A program made the translations under genes and the position numbers. From Calcarisporiella thermophila CBS 279.70 (taxonomy: Eukaryota; Fungi; Calcarisporiellomycota): a DNA stretch of 64,000 nucleotides. Below are positions 12,141-22,546 of this stretch, piece after piece (the stretch's first letter is position 1; the number at the start of each line of letters is the position of its first letter). The stretch lies in contig NW_027192204.1 in the NCBI RefSeq assembly GCF_041956535.1, positions 193,696 to 257,695 on the forward strand, given 5' to 3'. Below the pieces are notes generated by a model. That model was not told the origin of the DNA. It saw only the letters and a program-made list of their open reading frames with translations, and made no database searches.

Positions 12141-12467
12141 GGATCCAAACTAGATCCAAACTAGGTCGGTAATTTGAAACTCAGCAAAGGTTTATGATTT
12201 GTCTCAATTCGAACAAAACAAAAATTTTACTATATCTCAACGGTTAAGTCTAGTGGACTTGAGGATGCATGAGATCAAACCATACCATAGTCCGATTACC
12301 AGGCGGGAGACTTTATACACTTCAGTGCTCATACCGCATAAATGGCTCGCGACTTAGAGCAAACCCAGGACAGAATCTAATGATGAGAGTCGATTTCTCC
12401 AAGACTTCATTTCTTCGCGCTCTGTCCACACTTTATACGAACGAAGTTTTGTCCCGGACGACCGATC

Positions 12468-12767
12468 CATTTTTATGCCAGCCCCTCTAAGAGAGACCTC
12501 GAAGGCGCACTTGGATGAGGTCGTTAGAGGGAAAGCTTGGTGCGTCTTCGGTTAGCTCCTGAGGGGAAGCAGTCTCGAGGTTTTCTCTAGGACAACCGAG
12601 TGAGAAGCCTTTTCTTGTGGAAATCGGATTGTACTTTGCGCCCAGGCAAGAGTTCCCTGGAGGCAAGATAATCCAATATTTATTCTACAGAGTAGTTAGC
12701 CTCTCGCAAGTCTCATCGGAATACGCCGACGATGTACTGACAAATATGCCCAACTTTAGTAAAAATG
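12468..12767 (+). ncRNA. RPR1: Nuclear RNase P RNA-like gene (or a degenerate copy), about 300 nt
   Basis: Folded by eye in the canonical order. P1 CATTTTTA/TAAAAATG; P3 CCCTCTAA..GACCTC/GAGGTC..TTAGAGGG; CR-I GGGAAAGCTTGG pairing with CCAACTTT (P4); P5 TGCG/CGCA; P7 GGTTAGCT/AGTTAGCC; L8 TGAG; P9; CR-II TGGAAA; P12 GGATTGT/ATAATCC; CR-III CAAT; AGNNNNAT (AGTCTCAT). Confidence 0.65.
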
Positions 12768-13343
12768 AAGTGTCTATCCTACCCGGTAATAGTAGTGCTG
12801 TCAACGAGGGAGCTAACTATACCGGGTATAGGTGGGCCTCATTTTCCAGTATGATTAGGATGAGCGTACATGGGAAACCACTCCAATCGAAACTGGGAAC
12901 CAAGCCCCACCCAGCCAACCTCCAATCCAGCCCTGTTGACCAGGGGTTGCCCAGAAACTTTGCCACCAAGAAAAATGCATTTTGTTATGGGCGTCCACCG
13001 TGTTTGGTGGGGTGTGGATCCACACGGAAGAGTCTGGGATGGCGCGAGGTCTCCGGATGCTGCCGGCCATCTTACACAAACTCGGGAGGGGGGGGGGGAG
13101 GCGAAACCTTGTGTGCATAGGTCGCATTTAATATAGAGATAAATAGCGAAGGAGATATGAGGGAAAATTACACTAATTAATCACACAAAATAATAAAAAT
13201 AAAAGGGGTCCTTATGCAAGGAGAGGAATAAAAGGCTTCTAAGCAGAAGAGGGGAAACATAAGAAGAAAGTGAAAGTCCTTTTAAATAGTATCGATAAAT
13301 TAAGAAAAAAAAAGTTTGGTGTATAGAGCAAGAAACAAAAAAG

Positions 13344-15441
13344 TTACAAAAGCATTCCTGCAATGGCTGCCGAGAAACAGGTAGCCAACCCACCCGTAAG
13401 CATGGCGGATAATGCCAACTTGGCAAGCTCGCTCTTACGGCTGGGGGCAATCGTGCTAAGGGTTCCGATTTGAATGCCGATACTGGCGAAGTTAGCGAAC
13501 CCGCAGAGGGCGTAGGTTGCAATGATGCGAGAGCGGGGAGTAAGCGAGAGCAAGAAGGATTCCTCCTGAAGATGTCGGTAGGCAACGAATTCGGAGGCGA
13601 TGAGTTTGGTAGCAAGAAGCTGGCCAATCTTGATGACATCCTGGGAGGGAATCCCCATGAACCATGCCACAGGCACAAACAAATAGCCCAGAATGAACTC
13701 GAGGGTGAGTTGGGGCACGGTGAGGAAGCGCCCGATCCAGCCCAGCAGGGCGTCGACCGCAAACAAGAGGGCAATGATGGCGATCAAGTTGACGGCAATC
13801 AGCCCAGCAATGGTAAGACCAATGGCGGCTCCGTTGGCTGCCGCATGGAGCACGTTGGAGTCCTTTTCCTTGTCGTCCTCGGGGATGATGACGCGACCCT
13901 TGGTGAGGGGTTCCCCGGTCTCAGGGTACCGCATCTTGGACAGGGCAAGCGAGCATGGGACGGACATGATACAGGCCGTGATGAGGACTTGAGGGTCGAC
14001 CCCCATGGAAATGTACCCGAACAACACCGAGCCTAGAGAGGGAAGAGAGGGGGGGGGGGGAGGAATGAGCGCACGCGCGCACCCCTGCGGGGAGGAAAGG
14101 CACTTACCGGAGATGGTGGAGAATCCAGAGGTCATGATCTGATGGAGCTCGGCCTGGGTCATGTATGGGACAAACGGCCGCACGAAGAGGGCCGACTCGC
14201 CCTGGCCGATGAAGGGGGAGGCGGCGGCCACCACCGACTCCGCGCCCGAGGTGTTCATCAGGAACATGGTGAACACGGCGAACTTCTTGATCACCCATTG
14301 CATCACGCCCAGATAGTACAGGATCTGGACCGTGGCGCAGAAGAAGATGACCGCGGGCAGCACAATCACCGCGAAGATGGGGGTGTTGGCGACCTGGTCA
14401 CCGAAGACGAAGATCGTGCCCTGCTTGGAGAAGCCAAGGTATTTTGCGGCGAACTGGGAGATCCAAGTGAAGATATCGAAGCCGACCTTGGTCTTGAGCA
14501 CGAAGATGCCGAGCAAAAATTGGATCAGGATACCCATGATGACGGTGCGCCACTGGATAGCCTTACGGTTCTGTCAAAGCAAAGGAGGGGGGGGGACGGC
14601 GGATAAGTGTAAGGCCGACATATGGGGCAGATGTCCCCGGCTCCCCAGCATTCGGGGGAGAGGGCGGCAATTACCTTGGAGGACACGAACAAGATAGCGA
14701 GCGCAACCAGGATGCCCAAGAAGGAGATCAGGCGCTGTCCGCGGGTGGAGCCGAGCTGCTGGTCCTCGGGCGACACGAGCACCACGACCAAGATGAGGGC
14801 AAAGACGATGGCACCGCCCAGAGGCAAGCGGAATTTTGCCGGAATGAGCGAGACGGGTCGCGACACGCACACATTGAAGGCGCGGTAGAGGGGGCGGGTA
14901 ACATGGCGGTAGGAGACGTAGTAGAAGAGTAGCTTCAGGGAGATGAATGCCCAGAGCAGACCACAGACGAGGACTTCTGTGTCGTACCCTTGCTTGGCGG
15001 TGACGGTGCCGAGGGCAGCTCCGAAGATTCTAGCAAGGATAGGGGCAGAGTGAGAGGGGAGGGGGGAGGGGGCGTCATTAGGAGAGATTACCCAGTGATT
15101 AAGCAGAAGTACAGGATATGAAGCACCCAGCGGTAGCGCTGGAAAATGCTTGGATGTTTTGGCTCTTCGGCGTCCACGGATCCCGCGCTGGCCTTTTCTC
15201 CTGACGATTCGAGGGGCGCCTTGGGGGGTATATGTACGGCATTGGGGGATGGGGCGACGGAGTGTGTGGGGAGGATGGATGTGTTGTTGACGCTGGTCTC
15301 CTCGATGGGGGCCTGGCGCCCGCTGTTCCCCACTTCCATGTCGTCGATGGTGTGCTCTGATCCGGCCTGGGGCGTTCCTCCCTCCGTGCTTGAGGGATAT
15401 CGAGGGAGCTCGTCGTGTGTGGGGGGGGGATGTGAGGTCAT
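13344..15441 (-). CDS. CNT: Concentrative nucleoside transporter (CNT/SLC28 family), 4 exons
   Basis: GAESVVAAASPFIGQGES, MTSGFSTISG, ATYALCGFANFASIGIQIG, APSRKSELAKL. Confidence 0.95.
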
Positions 15442-16512
15442 TGGAGGGGATGACGACGCTTATAGGGTGGGAGGCAGTAGCAGCAGGAAGGAAGCTGGAT
15501 GGGGAGGGCGGGATGGAGAGGGCGAGGGCGTGCAAAGGAGGAGGGAAGAAAGAGAAAAGTAGGTTCGGGTTGAGCGGTTGCCTGCTAACAAATAAATAAG
15601 TAAATAGAGGAAACAAATAAATAAAAAACAAAGTTTTCAGAAACTCTAATGAAGCTGAGAATGCTTTCAAGCAGCAAAGCAATCGAGGCCGGCTGCTCTC
15701 GGAATGCACAGCTCCACACCTAATGCCAAACAAAAACCGCGAATGTGTCGGTTGGATGGGCAGTGCCATATCCAGCATTCAGACGAGAATTCCACGGGTG
15801 TTTGTGGTGAAAGCATGGAAATCGAGGCCGGCCATTTGACTGACAGCCCAATCCAACCACCGCCAGCGGAACCACTCACTCAAACCTGTGTAACGTCATT
15901 CCTACGGCCCACCCAAACCCAGAAACTTAAACTCAGAAGATCCCTCCTGCCTTCCCAGTCACCGACTCCCCCTCCCATGCCTCCGGGCCTAGAAGGCCTC
16001 GTGGGCCTCGCCCAGGCCGGGCCCGGTGACTGCTGCCCCCCCCCCCCTCCTCCCGGCAAGCGCCGGCCCTAGGCGCATGCGGGCGATTGCAGTGCGGCCG
16101 GGGCGAGGTGCGCAGCCATGGCGGCGCCCGCGCACAGAGGACGAGCCACTCGCCCCTCGCTAACCTAATTCTCCCACGCTCGCCACGGCTCCCCCCAAGC
16201 GAATTTTCCCGACAAAGGTCCCCCTCTATCCTCTTTTAGAGCCGTGCTCGTTCTCCCCTCTCTAAGCGTAGCGCTTAGCTCAGCCCTGACTTTTCTCGGC
16301 GAACCGCCAGCCCTTGCGCAGCCTCCCCCGCTCCGAATCCCTAGTGGATCACATGCTCTGAGGGGAAAGAGGCGCCTCTCCGCTCCATAAAAAAAAGGGC
16401 AAAGCTAATTGCCATGGCCCCTCATTGTGTGTATATTTTTTTCCGCACATGGATTGCCACCCTGGGCGAAAGCTTCGGCAAACATTAGGCTTTATTTGTG
16501 CCGGCTGCGGGC

Positions 16513-18589
16513 TCACAGCCCCATACAGATATACTTGGTGTGGAGATATTCCGCGATCCCGTACTTCGATCCTGTTCAAGCAGCGAGCATGCAGCGTTAG
16601 CGGCCCAGCTCTGCGGGGTGGCACAAGGCAATCCTTACCTTCTCGGCCGAAGCCGGACTCCTTGACCTAAAATATTCATGCAACATTAGCCATGACATCG
16701 CCAGAGCACAGGCTGCGGCCCGAAACTTACCCCTCCGAACGGCGCATAAACGCTGCTCACCAGCCCCGTGTTCACCCCCACCATCCCGACCTGCAGTCGC
16801 TCCGCGACCCGCCACGCGCGCCCCAAATCCCGCGTGTAGAAGTAGCCCGCCAGGCCCACCGACGAGTCGTTGGCCAGCGACACCACCTCCTCCTCCTTCT
16901 CGAACCGGTAGAGCCCCGCCACCGGCCCAAACGTCTCCTCGCGCGTCACCGCCATCTCGCCCCGCATCCCACTCAGCACCGTCGGCTCGAAAAAGTTGGT
17001 GTCGCCAATGCGGCCCCCGCCCACAAGGACCTCGGCCCCGTGCTTGACCGCATCCTCCACATGCCGCTGGACCTTCTCGACCGCCGCGCGGTGGATGAGC
17101 GGCCCATGCGTGGCCCGCTCGTCGAACCCGTCCCCGGGGATGAACTGCGAGACGCGCTCCGCCAGCCGGGAGGCAAAGTCGGCATAGATCCCGGACTGGA
17201 CGTAGATGCGGTTGGCACACACGCAGGTCTGCCCGCTGCCGCGGAACTTGCTCGCGATCGCGCCATCCACCGCCGCATCCAGGTCGGCGTCGTCAAAGAC
17301 GATGAAGGGCGCATTCCCCCCAAGCTCCATGGAGAGCTTCTTTAGGGTGTCCGCGGATTGACGCATGAGAATCTTCCCAACGCGAGTCTACGTCATGCGA
17401 GGCGGAGGTTAGCGGGGCCGCGCGCGGGCAATCTTCACTCATACTTACCGAGCCAGTGAAGGAGATCTTCTTCACTACGGGGCTGGCGGCCAACGCTTCG
17501 CCAAACTCCTGCACGTGCTTGTGCGTGGTAACCACGTTGAACACCCCGGGGGGAATGCCTGCGCGAGCGGCTAACTCAGCCATAGCAAGCGCGGAGAAGG
17601 GGGTTTCGGCCGCAGGCTTGACAACGACAGGGCATCCTAGACCAAAACGCTCCAGCATCAGGTGGAAGACATGGCGCCCCTATTGCTGGGGCGGGGGTGT
17701 ATTGTTACCTGCGGCTAAAGCGGCTCCCACCTTTCGGGTTATCATGGCGTTGGGGAAGTTCCATGGCGTAATGACCCCTACCACGCCGACTGGCTGCTTG
17801 ACCACCACAAATCGCTGCGATTTGTTCGGCGACGGAATCACGTCCCCGTAGGTGCGAACCGCCTCCTCTGCAAACCACTCAATAAAGCTCGCCCCATATC
17901 CAATCTCTCCTTTTGCCTCCCTCAAAGGCTACAAAAGATCGAAATGATTGTGTTCATGTCGGCCCAAGCATAGCAAAAATGAAACAATGCAAACCTTTCC
18001 ATTCTCCCAAGTCAGAATAGTGGCCAAATCGTCGGCATTCTGCTGCATGAGATCGAACCATTGTTTCAACACGTCGTGCCGTCTTTTGGCGCTCTCTCCC
18101 GCCCAAGCTTCAAATGCACTGTCGGCAGCCGCAATGGCATTGCGAAGATCTTGAACCGTCATCTCGGGAACACGTCCAATTTCATCGCCCGTTGAAGGAT
18201 CTTCCATGCGAGAGGAGTCCATTAATTCTTTCCGAAACCTGCATATATCAAATAATATACTTGCCGGTGACCGCAAACGTTTCTCCGGATATGGCCTTGA
18301 CCCACTCATTATTAATAAATGCCACATTGTGTCGCATTAGAGCCGAATCTCTGAGCTGTTTAAGAATTATGGAGGGATCGACAATGTCAGACATGGTCCG
18401 AGATTTTGCTTGATATATATCGCGTTTCCCTGGCTACTCTACCTTTGGAGGACGCATACCTGCACTCGTAGCACCACTTGAGAAGCTCCTCTCACCAGAG
18501 GCGATTCGAGAGGCAGTTGACATGGTAATAGTACGGCGCGAAATATCACGTAAACTACTTAACGAGAGCGCGTTGAGTCGAGACAACAT
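16513..18589 (-). CDS. UGA2: Succinate-semialdehyde dehydrogenase (ALDH5/Uga2 type) with mitochondrial presequence
   Basis: [57 protein letters not shown]. Last small exons read [10 protein letters not shown]|[19 protein letters not shown]-terminus [19 protein letters not shown]. Confidence 0.95.
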
Positions 18590-18777
18590 TATGCTCAAAG
18601 TTCAATAATGGTTCAAGAAAGAGAGATGTGGGGAAGGGGAAATACAAGCCACTTCGCCATGGACATTCTGCCGTTCGATAACTTTCCTAATCGAGTCAGA
18701 GTTGTTCGCCCAGATGTTCTTATTAAAAATGCCATACCCTATCCTTGTTTTCTCAATTTTGCCGCATCTTCTAAAGG

Positions 18778-20169
18778 ATGGATAAACATGAATGTTCGAG
18801 GAGCAGTTCATCTCAAAATGGCCCCGTCAGTGACACTCATTTCTCCTCGTCCAATCCTAATCTATCGCACAATGCATCGGCCAACCGCCCGAAACAGTTT
18901 TATCGTATGGGGTGGAAGCTCTACTTCAAAATGTATGGGCTCGACTGGGTGATCCTCATAATCACCGGGGCCCTCGGTATTGGTATTTTTCGACTCCGGG
19001 TCGTTCCAAAGCATCTCTTTCCCGTCTACCAGAAAGACGGTTTTGTAGCCGACTCTAGTATTGCCTATCCGACCGCCCCCGATTTGGTCCCGACATGGTT
19101 GAGCTCTTTGATTGCGGCGGTCTTTAGGTATTATATGATGGGCTCATTTCACCTCACATCTATCGCCAAGCTTATAATAAGCATGATGAACTAGTGTTAT
19201 AGTCTATGCCCTGGCACAGATATGGCTCAAATCGCTGGAGGATTTTCATGCAGCCTTCCTTGGAACGCTTTACGCTCTTGGTAGCTATTGACACGTGGCT
19301 GCGTTTGTTCCCTCGCATTAACACCAGTATTCATTTCTCTGTCATCTCTTTATACTCTCTTGCAGCTTCTTCCTCGCTCTTTCAGGTTATCTGCAAATGG
19401 CTGATCGGAGGTCTTCGGCCAAAGTTTCTAGAGATTTGTAAGCCCAATGTCAGCGGGGTACAGGGGGCAGGTTTCGGTAATATATTCTACGGTAAATTTT
19501 CCACATAAGCTTCATCTTCCTGTTGTCCGAAGAGGTGTGGATCACACTCATTCACCAAATACACTACCTAGATGTATCTGTATGTACCGGTGATCCTGAC
19601 TCGGTGAATGATGGCATATCGGTATGCTAGCGTGACTTGTATTAATGTCATAGGGGTTTCTAATCTTGGACCTTCAAAGTCATTTCCTAGCGGGCATTCC
19701 AATGCCGCATGGGCTGGTTTTCTTTTCCTCTTCTTCTACCTCAATGCGAAATTGAAGGTGTTGGGCTCAAATCGCCGCGTCCACTACTGGAAACTGATCG
19801 TGGTCTCTCTTCCACTTCTCGCTGCTTCTCTTATTAGTCTATCTCGTCTACTAGACTTTAGTCATCATTGGTATGACATTTTGACGGGAGCAATCATAGG
19901 CTCCTTCTTCGCTATATTGGCCTACAGGTAATCTTGCTACTAAAATCATGGTGACCGGCGGATTCGCATTTCAGACTTATATTTTTCACGTTTAGGATGC
20001 AATATGCTTCAATTTGGGTAACTATTTCAATACATCAAGTCAAATAGGAGCTTTCTTTTCATATCCCAATACTAGGATGCAAGGTTCAACCATATCCCGC
20101 TCCGTACCAACGAATCTGTCGACTATGACTATTTCGAATCCCTTTCCACCAGGCCGAACAACACAGTGA
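18778..20169 (+). CDS. PAP2-family lipid/diacylglycerol-pyrophosphate phosphatase (Dpp1/Lpp1-like)
   Basis: KWLIGGLRP, SFPSGHS and SRLLDFSHHWYD are the three PAP2 motifs. Last exon ends PGRTTQ* at 20169. Confidence 0.9.
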
Positions 20170-20507
20170 ATGAAACCGAACTTGGAAATCACCTTGCGGA
20201 GCGCAAAAAGATCAACTTGGGCTACCCTCATCAGCTTGAGGGGAGATTCAGGAATTACTACGTTAGCGATTAAAAATCTATTTGGAATATTTCCTGTAAG
20301 CTGGTGCTTTCCTATTTAGGAAGTCTCTTTCAAAAACAGTAATTATATCGATTAACTCATTGCCAAGTCTTTTCAGATTTTTTCTTGTCCCTCTTCCTAT
20401 TGCCAGTTCATTCTCACTCCACCATTCCCACTTCACTTCTTTTCTCCTCGCTTCTTGGCTCCTAAATACAGATACATATACACACATAAATATATATAAG
20501 CGCAACC

Positions 20508-21932
20508 ATGGTCAAGATTAAAACTGATAATAAGAAAGAAATGGATGCCGAGGCTTTTATTCTAGGCGATGTCGTTCCTTCAGCCCCGCCGGCGAATCTG
20601 ATGAATCTCCAACAGCCTCCTTCCTATGAGGAGGCTACTCAAGGGAGGGCCCCTGAATGGTTCGCGCCATCTAAGTAAGTCCTATGATGCATTCTTGAAT
20701 GTTAGTTTAAAGGTTAATGGTGCTCTGTACTTTCAGTGAAAAGGCATTACCATCGACCTCCGCGAATTCACTATATGAAGTCAAAAAGCACTCACCCACC
20801 GACATTGAGATCAATTCACGGAATTTTCGAAACATTAGCATAGTTGCAAATAAATTTTGGGTAAATAAACTATTAGAGACCAGTGTTCTTCGACCCTAAT
20901 ACATCAATGGTTCTATCCTTGTAAGGCGAAGGTTCATATGCGTCCCTCGCCGTCGTCTACCGATCCCTATCTACGTGTCACTGCTCAGGCTAAAAGTTCG
21001 ATCAATCTCGCTCGTATTTATTTGGATATAGAAACGAGCTCAAATGATATTTGTGTTAAATTACGAGGAGAATACACTCTTTGCGGCGTATCCCTGGATA
21101 TAGTAATCCCTCAAGGGATATTTGTGCCTGCGGAATTCTCAGTTTCAACAAACATGGCAGAGATTACAATGGAAGATATGCAGAATACTCTCATGAAGCG
21201 GATCGAACTAACCACAAAACATGCTCCTATCCACTGCAAGGTAAAGGGTGGATTTACACTGCTGGCCTACATAGCCAAATCTGACCTGGCCTCCTCAATA
21301 GCGTCTTCGTGCGGATGAAATTTCGTTAAAAACCTCCAATGCTAGCATCGAGGGAGACTATGAGGCAACGCAGTATCTTCGTGCCCGCACCTCCAATGCT
21401 AAGATCCGGGGTAGATATATCTCCAAATCGGACGCAGTGCATCTTGAAACGAGCAACGCCAGTTTGAAGGCGACCGTTGCGGGCAAAAATGTAGAACTTA
21501 AGACCAGCAACGCCGAGCTGGATGTGGCTGCCCAAGTAAATTCACGGTTCGAGGCAAAAACATGCAATGCTTCTTTGAAGGCCCTCGTCTCTGTTCCGGA
21601 GAATCAGTATGTGAATCTGAAAGTGCAGACGAGTTGCGCTGCTGCCCATGTCGATGTGGTAGGGTCATTTCTTATGGAAGCATTTTCTCCTTGCAATGTT
21701 CACTCTTCATTTCTCTTTATCATAGTCCCGTGAGTTCTTGGGGAAATTCAAGGTGAAGACCTCGAATGGAGAGGTGTTCATCCATGACCTTAGTAGAGTC
21801 ACGAATCCTCCCGAGATAATGTTCGATACCAAGACCTCCACCAAGGTTGAAGGCACTAGAGGAGGCCTCGAACACGCATCATCATTGGAAGTGAAGACTA
21901 ATTGCGCAAACGCTACAGTTAACTTTGTTTGA
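20508..21932 (+). CDS. DUF4097/adhesin-like beta-strand repeat protein with N-terminal PPSY motif
   Basis: Repeated xTSNAx(I/L) strands (RTSNAKI, ETSNASL, KTSNAEL, KTCNASL, KTSNGEV). Exon 1 contains QPPSYEEA. Confidence 0.7.
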
Positions 21933-22546
21933 TCCTATTAATCACCAGCCTACACGTTTTCTTTCTCTTCGATTGTAATAGTAGAGTTATCGTTAGTCTT
22001 TTACAGGATGTAAATGTATTTGGTTTTAGTTTTTATTAATATGGGAGCGATGATATGGCCCACTGCCTTATTATTGTCCATGGTTATGAAAGTTCTCTGT
22101 TCCATTTGATCATTTTAGCTGCAACGAATGAAGTCTCTAGTCGAAGTGATTCAAAATTTCAATGCCGAAAAATGTTGGGTCAAATATTTGGACTCGGTTT
22201 AAATAGTGGCCAATACAAATTCCCACCATTAAACATATCGTGCAGTCCTATGCATCCAGGAGCCCCTATCTTGCCCCATTTAGCTCACTCTAGAACTTGC
22301 GTATGCTGATTTCTTTTACTTCGCATACTGAGCTCCTTTACAGTGCTCAACAATGTGACTTGAGTGACCTCGAATGCTTTGTATGACGGCGTTGTAACCT
22401 GGTACTAATCTTAGACCATCAATTTTGGGGCAAGTTATCTCAGTGGCTTGGCCGCCTATAACTTCGAGCCGTAGGTTTGTTTTGATATCTAAGACGCGGA
22501 AAATCAATCCAATTCTTTTCATTACCCTGAGAATTGTTAAAACATA

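Larger units (their letters stand above)
11445..12165. repeat. Dispersed direct repeat (G)GATCCAAACTAG(A/G), 5 copies separating poly(A)-tailed inserts
   Basis: Copies at 12153-12165, 12141-12154, 11789-11802 (perfect), 11607-11619 (1 mismatch) and 11445-11458 (2 mismatches). T9 follows the 11789 copy and T8 follows the 11607 copy. Confidence 0.8.

Noticed and set aside
11445-12165. True CRISPR array
   Set aside because: The context is eukaryotic with no cas genes. Repeats are only 13-14 bp, and the spacers are 150-340 bp and oligo(A)-tailed, which fits retroposition.
12280-12312. 5S rRNA-like fragments (CCATACC, GTCCGAT, GGCGGGAGAC)
   Set aside because: The matches are too short and the spacing is incompatible with 5S rRNA; probably chance.
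12269-13136. ORFs 12269-12490, 12617-13120, 12855-13127 and 12870-13136 as proteins
   Set aside because: They have no recognisable motifs and overlap a structured RNA and GC-rich sequence.
13470-17345. Many long overlapping or antisense ORFs
   Set aside because: These are shadow ORFs caused by high GC3 in the CNT and SSADH genes.
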